52,876 nt of DNA from Minisyncoccota bacterium (GCA_023142595.1 JAGLJF010000024.1:1-52876); one strand, 5' to 3'; shown: positions 40,596 through 49,970, numbered from the stretch's first letter. Program-made: numbers and translations. Notes: generated by a model not told the origin, from the letters alone.

Positions 40596-40811
40596 ATGCA
40601 GGTTATGATAAATGGAGAGTTGGCGATTATCTGTGGTGCAAATAGTATATTTACAAGAAGATCTTTGCACAAAAAAGACATAGTCATCTGTGGAGGTTAT
40701 TGCGTGACATGTGATAATCATTCGCAAAATCCTGGATGCAAAATATCAGATATACTTTTGCAAGTGTGTTCCAAGTATTGGAATCATATATTAGTAATAA
40801 AGGACTATTAA
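40596..40811 (+). CDS. Small Cys-rich hypothetical protein (CxxxCxxC), probable paralog of the preceding gene
   Basis: SD GGAGG before ATG 40596; CGGYCVTC motif. Confidence 0.6.
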   Translation: MQVMINGELAIICGANSIFTRRSLHKKDIVICGGYCVTCDNHSQNPGCKISDILLQVCSKYWNHILVIKDY

Positions 40812-40952
40812 ATTTTAAAGTCCTTTCTTTTTATTTTATATAATATTTTTGTAATTTAAAAAACTCAAGTAAGACTTAAAAAAATATTCTAGGATTGGTG
40901 TACATAGTGATAGTAAAGTATGTCATGCGTTGAAGTGTCAGAAAATATAATC

Positions 40953-41062
40953 TGTCATTCTGGACTTGATTCAGAATCTTTTATGGTGTAGGTTTTATTT
41001 ACCTATAAATCATAAAATTAGTGGTAGTAGATGATAGATTCTGAAATGAATTCAGAATGACA
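40953..41062. mobile_element. REPIN/MITE-like element of about 110 bp (subfamily 1)
   Basis: Same ends as 32550-32660 and a similar interior. Confidence 0.7.
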
Positions 41063-41335
41063 ATCTCTATGTGGGTAAAATAAAAGGACATTGTCGTTAA
41101 TTAATGCTTCTGAAACAACAAAAAGCTCCAGTCAGGAGACTGGAGGAATCGCTCTTTATTTCACAAAACTATATTTTTTCAAATCCTGTAATGACAAGAA
41201 ATCTGTAAACTATATTATGCGAGACTTGACCAGCCTTTTAAACCTCCTAACCCCCCTTGTCAGGGGGAACGAGACTTAATTAATTTATAGAGCTCTCAAT
41301 CGTACCTCATTTCGAGATGACAAATGTGGTATTTT

Positions 41336-42418
41336 CTACAAAGTAACTCCGATTTTTTCTTTCACTTCTTTCATTGTTTCTTGGGAGATTGCTCTTGCTT
41401 TTCCTGCTCCATCGGTCAAAATCTTTTTAACTTCATCTGGATTTTTTTCAAGCTCTTTTCGTCTTTCGCGGAAAGGTTTGAAGTGATTGGCGATATCTTC
41501 GGTAAGTGCGTCTTTTAATTCAGAGAATTTTATGGTTTGATTCTTAAATTTTTCAGTAAAGTATTGTTTATGTTCATCGCTTCCGAAATTATTTAAAAGA
41601 AGAAACAAGTTACTAATACTCAGTCGATCCCTGTTAAGTTCTTTGTTTTCATTAGAATATGAGCCTGCTTCATTCATTAATAGTAAATACAATTCACTTT
41701 CGTGCATGCCACGATTAAAAAGATTTTTTATATTAGTTATATCACCTGAAACCGCTTTCCTCATCTTTTTATTTATAACCTCTGGCTCGTCATTAATTGC
41801 AATATAGGATTTTGGTCCGCCTGATTTGCTCATCTTTTTTGTCGGGTCGGTGAGGGACATAATTTTGGGAGTCTCGGTGATCAAGTCTTTTGGTTCGGGA
41901 AAAGTCTTGCCGAATTTGTTGTTGAAAAATCTGGCGATTTTTCGAGTCAGTTCAATATGTTGAATTTGGTCTTGTCCAACTGGCACAGCAGAAGACTTAT
42001 ACATCAAAATATCAGCCGCTTGCAAAACTGGATAATCAAGAAGTCCCATATTAATGTTCTTATCTTGTTGTTGAGATTTATCTTTGAATTGTGTCATTCT
42101 TTGCAATTCGGCAAGGGGAGTGACAGTGTTGAAAATCCAAGCTAGTTCAGTGTGCTCGGGAACTTGAGATTGCACAGCGATGGTACATTTTTTTGGATCA
42201 AGTCCAATTGCCAAAAAATCAAGAGCCAAATCCATAATTTGTTTTTTCTTTTCTTCTGGATTATATTCCCCTGAAATGGAGTGATAATCAGCAATAAAGA
42301 AAAAACATTCATATTCGTTTTGTAATTTCACAAAATTTTTAAGAGCTCCAAGATAGTTGCCAATATGCAACTCTCCCGAAGGCTGAATCGCACTGAAAAT
42401 TCTTTGTTTTTTGATCAT
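41336..42418 (-). CDS. trpS: Tryptophan--tRNA ligase
   Basis: QPSGELHIGNYLGA, YPVLQAADIL, VPVG.DQ..H.EL and KMSKS. Confidence 0.97.
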   Translation of the reverse strand: MIKKQRIFSAIQPSGELHIGNYLGALKNFVKLQNEYECFFFIADYHSISGEYNPEEKKKQIMDLALDFLAIGLDPKKCTIAVQSQVPEHTELAWIFNTVTPLAELQRMTQFKDKSQQQDKNINMGLLDYPVLQAADILMYKSSAVPVGQDQIQHIELTRKIARFFNNKFGKTFPEPKDLITETPKIMSLTDPTKKMSKSGGPKSYIAINDEPEVINKKMRKAVSGDITNIKNLFNRGMHESELYLLLMNEAGSYSNENKELNRDRLSISNLFLLLNNFGSDEHKQYFTEKFKNQTIKFSELKDALTEDIANHFKPFRERRKELEKNPDEVKKILTDGAGKARAISQETMKEVKEKIGVTL

Positions 42419-42444
42419 GGTTTTATTATTATATATTGAAAATT

Positions 42445-43263
42445 TTAACTTTGTTTTACTAGATTTTTAACTTTGTTTACATCAATTCTTTGATTATATG
42501 CTTTCGTATTTATTTCTTCTTTATTGACGCTTCCTTTTTTCAGCGATGTGCTAACGATAGCACCATTTGCAAATTGAAATATTGTTTTTATATTGTTTTT
42601 ATCAACTCCGCTTCCTGCGATGATTGGAAAGTTTCCAATTGATTTTCTCAATAATTTTAATTCTTCGACATCTGGTTGTTCCCCTGTCCAATTTCCCGTT
42701 ATAATAAGTGCATCGGAATGATTTTTAATCGCTAATTTTGCTGAATTGATAATGCTTTTGTCTGATAATAATGTTGAATGTTTGACATGAATGTCAGTTA
42801 GAATTGCAATATTTTCAGCATTGATTGATTTTTGAAATTTAATGATATTTTTTGGTTGTCCTTCTATTATTCCGCAATCTGTTTTTACTTTATCAATAAA
42901 TACTGGAATTCTAACAAATTGAAGATTAAGCACTTTGGCAATAGAAAGTGAAGTTTGATAATCATTCCATAATACACTAATACCCAAGGGTAACTTAGTA
43001 GTTTTTCTGATTTTTTCTCCAAGAAAAGTCATGGCGGATATTATTGGTGGATCAACGAATTGTTTGTGTGGTATGTCGTAATTATTTTCTATAACTATTC
43101 CATCAATACCTCCATTTTCGAAAGCGGATAAGTCTTTGAGGGCATTCCTTAGAGCAACTTTAAATCCTGGAAAATTATTATAACTCAAAAGAGGAGGGAA
43201 ATGAATTACTCCTATGATTATATTATTATTATTTTTGAATATTTTGTTTAATTTATTTTTCAT
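42445..43263 (-). CDS. BtpA/SgcQ-family TIM-barrel protein
   Basis: IIGVIHFPPL, IENNYDIP, DIHVKH, IITGNWTG and GSGV. Confidence 0.88.
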   Translation of the reverse strand: MKNKLNKIFKNNNNIIIGVIHFPPLLSYNNFPGFKVALRNALKDLSAFENGGIDGIVIENNYDIPHKQFVDPPIISAMTFLGEKIRKTTKLPLGISVLWNDYQTSLSIAKVLNLQFVRIPVFIDKVKTDCGIIEGQPKNIIKFQKSINAENIAILTDIHVKHSTLLSDKSIINSAKLAIKNHSDALIITGNWTGEQPDVEELKLLRKSIGNFPIIAGSGVDKNNIKTIFQFANGAIVSTSLKKGSVNKEEINTKAYNQRIDVNKVKNLVKQS

Positions 43264-43291
43264 AATTTGAGTATATCACAGGTTGTTGATT

Positions 43292-43322
43292 AAAAAAAGA
43301 GGAGGAATTTGCGAAATTCCTC
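43292..43322 (-). terminator. Intrinsic terminator after trpD
   Basis: Minus strand GAGGAATTT-CGC-AAATTCCTC followed by CTC and T7. Confidence 0.7.
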
Positions 43323-43324
43323 GA

Positions 43325-44476
43325 TTATTTTGGCAAATATTCTGCTATTTTGAGCATTTTTTTATATGCCTCGCCACTATTTTGTATTTGTTCTGCTATC
43401 TGATAGCATTCTTTTAAATCGTTGGATTTTTCTCCAAGATAAAATAAAAGAGCTGCGTTTGCCAGAACCATTTGTAGTGGAGCTCCAGATATTTCTCCTT
43501 TGAGAATTTTTAAAGAGAATTCTCCTTTACTCATATTCTCAGGAGGAGAGATAGAATAATGACTTACAGGTTTTAATCCAAAATCTTCTGGATAAAGTTT
43601 GTATTGTAAAATATTTTCTCCTTTAAGTTCCGTTACTAAGGTTCCTTCCTTACAGATTGAAAGTTCATCTACACCTTCATTACCCACAAGACCTCTTACA
43701 AATAAAGCGTGCTGCATATTTGTTATATTTTTCTTGTTAAGAATCAAATATGCTTCTGCTATAATTTTTGGATCAATCAAGTGATTAACTCCTAAAACGC
43801 GTCTAGTATGTAATTTAGGATTTAGAGGATTTGTGATTGGTCCCAGAATATCATTCATATGTGGTAGCATTGCAATTTTGTGCGTTTGCAGATGAATATG
43901 TTTGTAATTGGGATCAAGCGCTTCGGTGTATCCGAAGTTATGAGTTTCTAAACATCGTTCAACTTTATTTTTCAATGCCATTGTATCTATTCCACAAAGT
44001 TCCACAAAGTCAGAGCTTCCATGTCTGCCTTTATCTGCATTTGCTGGAGAACCGTGCTTTAGCATTGGAATATTTCCTGCAGATGCAATTAATGCTGCAA
44101 TCGTTGATACGTTGGCAGTTGTAACTAAATCTCCTCCCATTCCGCAATTATCCATTGCATACGAAACTTTTGGATTTAAAAACCCTGACTTGGATTTTTC
44201 AATATCTTCTTCAAAGATTGCCGCACATATTCCAGCAATTTGTTCAGAAGCATTTCGAGGAAGTATGTGTTCATGATTTTCTCCTTGATTTTTCCAATCA
44301 TATGTCGCTTTTGTATGAAGAGCACATAGTGCAGAAATGCTTTGAATTTTTGCTAAAGCATTATCACCATTACACCCTTCAAGCGCATAGATTCCTAGCT
44401 TATACCCTTCTTTAAAATTAAGAGGTATATTTCTATAAGCATGCTCTTTCAGAAAATGTTTGATATCTATTGTCAT
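43325..44476 (-). CDS. trpD: Anthranilate phosphoribosyltransferase-like protein with divergent N-terminus
   Basis: DNCGMGGD...NVST, KHGS...GSSD, LGPITNP, G.DELS and VLANAA. Confidence 0.8.
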   Translation of the reverse strand: MTIDIKHFLKEHAYRNIPLNFKEGYKLGIYALEGCNGDNALAKIQSISALCALHTKATYDWKNQGENHEHILPRNASEQIAGICAAIFEEDIEKSKSGFLNPKVSYAMDNCGMGGDLVTTANVSTIAALIASAGNIPMLKHGSPANADKGRHGSSDFVELCGIDTMALKNKVERCLETHNFGYTEALDPNYKHIHLQTHKIAMLPHMNDILGPITNPLNPKLHTRRVLGVNHLIDPKIIAEAYLILNKKNITNMQHALFVRGLVGNEGVDELSICKEGTLVTELKGENILQYKLYPEDFGLKPVSHYSISPPENMSKGEFSLKILKGEISGAPLQMVLANAALLFYLGEKSNDLKECYQIAEQIQNSGEAYKKMLKIAEYLPK

Positions 44477-44534
44477 CTCTTATTGCCTCCTTTTGTAAAG
44501 AACATTTTAATTTTTATTTGTATTTTTGAGAAAT

Positions 44535-44765
44535 AAAAAAACTCCTCATCTTTGAATACATAAAAAGAATTATGTATGCAAGGACGAGAAGTTTCCCGTG
44601 GTGCCACCTTGATTGTTTTAAGTTTCTACTAACGAAAAAATCCGCTAGTAAAACGGACCTAAAACCACTTTACCGACTCTGACTCTTGCAAGAGCAAGAC
44701 GACATCAGCTTATCCCATGATTACGGGGGAAACCGGATTTCCACTCAAATTTTTTCGCAGAAATC
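44535..44765 (-). promoter_or_regulatory. T-box riboswitch leader (antiterminator and terminator clear; Stem I extent approximate)
   Basis: Minus strand CAAGG-TGGCACC-ACG...CGT-CCTTG antiterminator at 44579-44611; overlapping terminator CTTCTCGTCCTT...AAGATGAGGAG-TTTTTTT. Confidence 0.8.
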
Positions 44766-44963
44766 ATCCTTTCGCAAGATGCGAAGAAACTAGACCCAAC
44801 CCCGAACAACAAATTCGGGATCTAGTTTATGGATTTTGTGATTATGCAAAGAACATTTATTACTGCGATAAGAATAACATATATTTTTTTTGTGTCAAAT
44901 AAAAAATATAAGTGGCGAATAGTTTTGCTTTTTTTGCAGTTTGAATCAGAATTTTTTATATTG

Positions 44964-44992
44964 CAAGAGACGCAACAGTGCTGCGTCTCTAC
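44964..44992. repeat. Intergenic GTAG-type REP
   Basis: CAAGAGACGCAACAGTGCTGCGTCTCTAC downstream of rnj. Confidence 0.75.
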
Positions 44993-45015
44993 AAGCGAAT
45001 ATTGTTAGAATAGTT

Positions 45016-46851
45016 TTACACTTCAAGTATAACAGGTAAAATCATTGGTCTTCTTTTGGTTTTAGTAAACAAAAATTGTCCAATTTGATCTCTGATATTA
45101 TCTTTCACATAGGACCAATTTGCACTATGCTCTGGGGCAGTTTTCTTGTTTACAATTTCTGCAACTTTCGTTTTTGTTTCTTGAATAAGTCCAGTTGACC
45201 CTTTCATATAAATAAATCCTCGAGAAATAATATCTGGCGAGCCGACAATTTTTCCAGTTTTACTATCGACGATAATAATTACAGTGAACATTCCATCTTC
45301 GCTCATTTGTTGTCTGTCGCGAAGAACGACATTGCCAACATCTCCAACTCCAAGTCCATCAACCATAACATAGTTTGCTGGAACTTTTTCTCGTGAAATT
45401 ACTGCTGAGTTTCGAGTCAATTCTGCCACTGATCCATTTCCTAAAACAATTGTATTTGCTTTTGGGATGCCAACTGTTTCTGCAATTTGAGCATGCAACT
45501 TTAACATAAAATAATTTCCATGAATTGGAATAAAATATTTTGGTTTAATAAGATTAATCATCATTTTCAAATCTTCAATCTGCGCATGTCCTCCAGCGTG
45601 AACATCCATCATTTTATAATGTACGACATTTGCGCCTAATCTATAAAGCTGATCTTTGAGACTTTGTACAGTTCTTTCATTACCTGGAACAACTGAAGAA
45701 GAAAAAATCACTGTATCATTCTTTTTAATTTGTACGGACCTGTGTTCTTTATTTACAATTCTCATTAATACCGCATTTCCTTCACCTTGCGCTCCCGTAC
45801 ACATCAATGAAACTTTGTCATCAGGATAGTTTTTCATTTGTTCTGGTCTAATCATCGTACCTTTTCTGATTTTCAAATATCCTAATTTATTTGCAATTTC
45901 AATGTTTGTTCTCATACTATATCCATCAACAGCAACCTTTCGCCCATATTTTTCGGAAATAGTAATGATTTGTTGAATTCTACTTATAAGTGATGAGAAA
46001 GTCGCGGCAATAACTCTTCCTTTTGCTTTCATAATGACATCGTCCAGAGTTTTTTGAATCTCTTGTTCACTAATTGAATATCCTGGATTTTCTGATCCTG
46101 TACTGTCTGACATCAAAAGCAAAACATTTTGTGAACCAAGATTAGCAATTCTTCCGATGTCTGCTGGTTTGTCTGTAATCGGACTATTGTCAAATTTGAA
46201 GTCCCCAGTATAAACAATAACTCCTTCTGGGGTGTAGATTGCAAGTCCAAGTCCGTCAGGAATACTATGGTTTACATGGAAAAACTCAACTCTGAATTTC
46301 CCAAGATTAACCTTACTCTCAAAATTAATCACTTTAATGTTGAGTGGGTTAATATTTGGATAATCTTCATGTTTTTTCTTAATAATCCCAGCAGTAAGTG
46401 CCGCTGTATAAAGTGGGGGGTTGCCAATTCTTGGCATAATATGAGGTATAGCTCCAATGTGATCCATATGTCCGTGAGTAATAAAAACTCCTTTAACATT
46501 CTTTTCCTTTCCCTTCAGGTAGTTGATATTTGGAATTATATAATCAATTCCTGGCATATCTTCTTCAGGAAATTGAAGTCCCATATCAACGATAATGATG
46601 TCGCCATCATATTCGAAGAGCGTCATATTTCTCCCAACTTCCTCAAGTCCTCCGAGAGGAATAACTCGTAGTTTAGTCGTTTTTCTTTGTTGTGTTACTT
46701 TTGTAGGATGTGCCAAAGGTTTTTGTTGCTGTGTAATAGGTCTTGTGGGATTTGCTGTTATGGGTTTTTTTCGTAGCACTATTGGCTTTGAAGAAAAGAG
46801 AGGGCGTCTTTTTGGTTGTATACTTGTATTATCTTTTTGTATCATATTCAT
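45016..46851 (-). CDS. rnj: Ribonuclease J
   Basis: PLGGLEEVGRNM, ITHGHMDHIG, HAGGHA and RRPMILPV. Confidence 0.97.
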   Translation of the reverse strand: MNMIQKDNTSIQPKRRPLFSSKPIVLRKKPITANPTRPITQQQKPLAHPTKVTQQRKTTKLRVIPLGGLEEVGRNMTLFEYDGDIIIVDMGLQFPEEDMPGIDYIIPNINYLKGKEKNVKGVFITHGHMDHIGAIPHIMPRIGNPPLYTAALTAGIIKKKHEDYPNINPLNIKVINFESKVNLGKFRVEFFHVNHSIPDGLGLAIYTPEGVIVYTGDFKFDNSPITDKPADIGRIANLGSQNVLLLMSDSTGSENPGYSISEQEIQKTLDDVIMKAKGRVIAATFSSLISRIQQIITISEKYGRKVAVDGYSMRTNIEIANKLGYLKIRKGTMIRPEQMKNYPDDKVSLMCTGAQGEGNAVLMRIVNKEHRSVQIKKNDTVIFSSSVVPGNERTVQSLKDQLYRLGANVVHYKMMDVHAGGHAQIEDLKMMINLIKPKYFIPIHGNYFMLKLHAQIAETVGIPKANTIVLGNGSVAELTRNSAVISREKVPANYVMVDGLGVGDVGNVVLRDRQQMSEDGMFTVIIIVDSKTGKIVGSPDIISRGFIYMKGSTGLIQETKTKVAEIVNKKTAPEHSANWSYVKDNIRDQIGQFLFTKTKRRPMILPVILEV

Positions 46852-47010
46852 TGTTTAGTTTTAAGTTATTATTCTGAATAATGTCATGCCGAATTTATTT
46901 CAGTATTGATTCAGAATTATTGTTGTTTACGATTTAATGTTTTTTTTATTGTGTCCATGTTGTCTAATAAATGGAACTTGCTCTTTAGAGCCTTATAAAG
47001 TTTCGTTTAT

Positions 47011-47113
47011 TTAAGAAATCCTGAAAAATGAAGTTTTTGTCATTCCCTTGCAGAAGGGAATCCAGAATTTAATTCAAAAAACAAATTATAAAAATAAAGA
47101 TTTATTAGTTTAT
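47011..47113 (-). repeat. Dispersed repeat of about 100 bp, inverted copy of 12118-12220
   Basis: Near-identical AT-rich flank plus the hairpin GATTCCCTTCTGCAAGGGAATGACA. Confidence 0.85.
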
Positions 47114-47303
47114 CAAAGCTTCCTTTATAGTTATTTTCTTGAAATCCTAAAGGATAAATTCCGTCAGGATAGTTAGAAATTAAATTTTTTGGGCATAATA
47201 AAAATGCGTTTATATTTTTTCTAGATCTGATTATTATTAATTAAATTTGAAGATTATAAATAAATCATTGTGAAGAATTTGATTTACAATCCGTAAAAAG
47301 ATG

Positions 47304-47387
47304 TGCCGGAGAGAGGACTTGAACCTCCATGGGATTACTCCCACAGCGACCTGAACGCTGCGTGTCTACCAATTTCACCACCCCGGC
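47304..47387 (-). tRNA. tRNA-Leu(CAG)
   Basis: GCCGGGGTGGTGAAATTGGTAGACACG-CAGCG-TTCAGGT-CGCTG, long variable arm, GGTTCAAGTCC...CCGGCA; CCA not encoded. REPs at 47141, 47434 and 47521 flank it. Confidence 0.96.
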
Positions 47388-47661
47388 TAATTCATAACTG
47401 ATAATAAAGAACTTGTAACTATTAATTGTTAGCGGAATTTTTCCTTTAGGATTTTATTTCGCATTTGTGATGGTTTTTTGAAGTTATGAATTACTGTTTA
47501 AAAGATGGAATTAATTTTTTGAAATCCTAAAGGATAAATTCCATTGTTTTTCTTGACATATTTTAAAATTGTGTAAGAATGTCAGTAGTTTCATTAGTGA
47601 AAATAAATTGTCAAAATGGTAATTTAGAAGCGAGAAAATAATTTTAGGAGTGTGTAAAATA

Positions 47662-47988
47662 ATGAAATCAGAACCAACTGAATATTATATAATAGTGGTT
47701 CATACAGATTCAAATAGTTTACCCGTTAAAACAGAGAAACATCTCATTCTTAATGAAGAAATTAGAAAAGCTACAATAAATGCATATCTTTCTGCAAGAG
47801 GAATTGGAAAAGTAATTTTTACAGGTACAAAATTAATTGAAATTAAAGGAGATTTATTACCATGTTCTGTATGGTGGACATATAATTCCACTGAAATAGA
47901 AAAAGAGGTAATTGATTTAGTTCTGGGGGTAATCAAAGAAGTCTCTGGTAAAATACCGGGTCGTTATGAAGTAAGACTAAATGCATAA
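47662..47988 (+). CDS. Orphan hypothetical protein
   Basis: AGGAG upstream of ATG 47662 (ORF open from GTG 47650); TTGACA at 47553. Confidence 0.65.
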   Translation: MKSEPTEYYIIVVHTDSNSLPVKTEKHLILNEEIRKATINAYLSARGIGKVIFTGTKLIEIKGDLLPCSVWWTYNSTEIEKEVIDLVLGVIKEVSGKIPGRYEVRLNA

Positions 47989-48037
47989 GGTGAAAATGAA
48001 AAATATTTTTTGGTCAGAGAATAATCTGGCTATTTTT

Positions 48038-49348
48038 TTATTCCCCAATCTCTCCTACAATCCCAAAAATATTTTCTTTACTTTTTTCAACTCCGGGTTG
48101 ATTGCATGGATTCACTTCTCGGAGTAGGGCAGAGTAGAATGTGACATATTGAAAAAATGCCATAAATTGTCCAATTGTACGTGGAGAAACTTCTTCAAGT
48201 TCAAAATTAATTGCTGGGATTTTATTATCTATAACATCTTGCCAAGTTCCTTGAAATTCTGCTTTGATAATTTCTTCAAGTGAGATATTATTTAGATCTT
48301 CAAGATTTAGATTTCGACAGGCAATATTTTTTAAATCTTTTTCAATTTCAATTTTTGCTTCTTTATTAGAAAAATTTTCAACTGTGAGAAACAGACCAAC
48401 AGAGTTTTTTCTTCCTGAGATTAATCTTTGCAAAGTGTGGTGTTGATTTTCTGGCGCTTCGCCTCCGTAGATTGTTTGTCCTAGGCCATTTTTACAAACA
48501 CTTTCATGAAAAAGCTGAACAATTAGTTCAAAAAATCCAGACAGTTTTTTTGAATAAATTGATAAGAACAAGTCAGTATATCCTAAATTCTCAAGTTTGT
48601 CAAGAGTAATGGCAAGTTGCAAAGCCGGATTGCCCTCAATTGATGGTTCCATAGTCCCGCAGGGCTGTGGAACCGCATGTGTAGAATCTTGCATTTTGGG
48701 ATCCACAGGGCTATCGCCACTATGGAACCCTCGGTTTATATCACACAAAGAATAGATTTCTTTTCCACCTTTGATCATTTCTTCTGTATCAATTCCCACA
48801 ATTTCAGCTGTCGTCAGAGCTGATTCTGTTAGTCCTGTGAAGCGATCTGTAATTTCAACTTCAGGATAAAAAGAAACATTAAGATTTTTGATTTTTCTGA
48901 TTTGGTTTAATGTTCCGTCATTATCTTCAGTAATAACCAAAAGGGGATAATCGGCAAAGGCAAAATAGTTAGCGAGAACTTGAATTCTTGTTCCTGACTT
49001 GCTTGTCAAAATCACAAGCGTGTCTTCTTTTTTACATTTATTTCGAAGTTCAGCAATATAATCTGGATCTTCAGTGTCTAGTAAAAAAACATTTTTATCG
49101 CTCATATTTTTGAGCGCGCTATAAATTCCACGAAAATTTGAAATCGCTCCGCCATTTCCTTCTACAATAATATTTTTCTTATCTTGATATTTTTCTCGCA
49201 GAACTTTTAGTTTTTCGAGATCTGGCGTATATTTTGCAAAACGAGGAGTCGGTGTATTTTGAATTTTCTCAATCTTTTCTTCATATCCTTGTAGGTCTGA
49301 ATTGACTGAAGAGTTGTTGAGATTTAGTTTGAATTTTGAATTTGTCAT
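48038..49348 (-). CDS. pgi: Glucose-6-phosphate isomerase-like (SIS fold), divergent, with palindrome-derived insertion
   Basis: GNGGA, SKSGT, QLFHESVCK.G.G, NQHH and VNPCNQPGVEKSK. Confidence 0.8.
   Translation of the reverse strand: MTNSKFKLNLNNSSVNSDLQGYEEKIEKIQNTPTPRFAKYTPDLEKLKVLREKYQDKKNIIVEGNGGAISNFRGIYSALKNMSDKNVFLLDTEDPDYIAELRNKCKKEDTLVILTSKSGTRIQVLANYFAFADYPLLVITEDNDGTLNQIRKIKNLNVSFYPEVEITDRFTGLTESALTTAEIVGIDTEEMIKGGKEIYSLCDINRGFHSGDSPVDPKMQDSTHAVPQPCGTMEPSIEGNPALQLAITLDKLENLGYTDLFLSIYSKKLSGFFELIVQLFHESVCKNGLGQTIYGGEAPENQHHTLQRLISGRKNSVGLFLTVENFSNKEAKIEIEKDLKNIACRNLNLEDLNNISLEEIIKAEFQGTWQDVIDNKIPAINFELEEVSPRTIGQFMAFFQYVTFYSALLREVNPCNQPGVEKSKENIFGIVGEIGE
48645..48730. repeat. Inverted pair of palindromes inside pgi
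   Basis: GGTTCCATAGT-CCCGCAGGG-CTGTGGAACC at 48645-48674, and an opposite-strand copy GGGTTCCATAGT-GGCGATAGCC-CTGTGGATCCC at 48698-48730. Confidence 0.8.
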
Positions 49349-49538
49349 AAAATTAGATTATTGGATTTTTCCACTCTGTCTCGATAGAGACTTATCAATG
49401 TTATTTATTCGTTCTCAAGAGAGTGTAAAATCAAGTATTGATTGACATATATTTTATTTGTGATAGGTTTTAGTTAGTTTTGATGAAAATTAATTGTCTA
49501 AATAAAGGCGATTAGTATAAATATGGGAGGAAAATAGA

Positions 49539-49970
49539 ATGAGAGATAACAGATTTCTTATTGTCGCAGTAATGATATTAATAGCTACTCTTGTGACATT
49601 GGGAAATATATTTGAAATTAGCTTTGCGGATATGGATCTTTGGGCGTTATTGTTCTTGATATTATTGATCTCGGTAATTTTTGGTATTGGATATGAAGTT
49701 GGTGAATCTGAAGGACGGGATAAATCCGAAGGTATGGCGATGAGTATAGCTAAATTGCCAGATGATTCATATAGAGTTACAAGAAAACCTAGTTGTATTC
49801 ATAGCAATAAAACTGGAATATTTTGTGCCATCAGAGTAGTCTTATTCGATGAGTCAGAGTTTAGCTGGGTCGAAATCACAGAAGATGATTTTCCGGCAGA
49901 GAGATTATCGGAGGTAAAAGCACACACTACTATTAAAGTTAAAAATGGTAAGATAGTAAAAGTGTGGTGA
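49539..49970 (+). CDS. Orphan two-TM hypothetical protein
   Basis: SD GGGAGG; two N-terminal hydrophobic segments; TTGACA at 49442. Confidence 0.7.
   Translation: MRDNRFLIVAVMILIATLVTLGNIFEISFADMDLWALLFLILLISVIFGIGYEVGESEGRDKSEGMAMSIAKLPDDSYRVTRKPSCIHSNKTGIFCAIRVVLFDESEFSWVEITEDDFPAERLSEVKAHTTIKVKNGKIVKVW

Noticed and set aside
42445-44476. A single T-box-controlled trpD-btpA-trpS operon
   Set aside because: A terminator follows trpD and btpA has its own -10 element, so co-transcription is unsupported, although read-through is possible.
47304-47988. Integrative element at tRNA-Leu
   Set aside because: No integrase or duplicated tRNA 3' end was seen, and the orphan gene lies on the tRNA 5' side.
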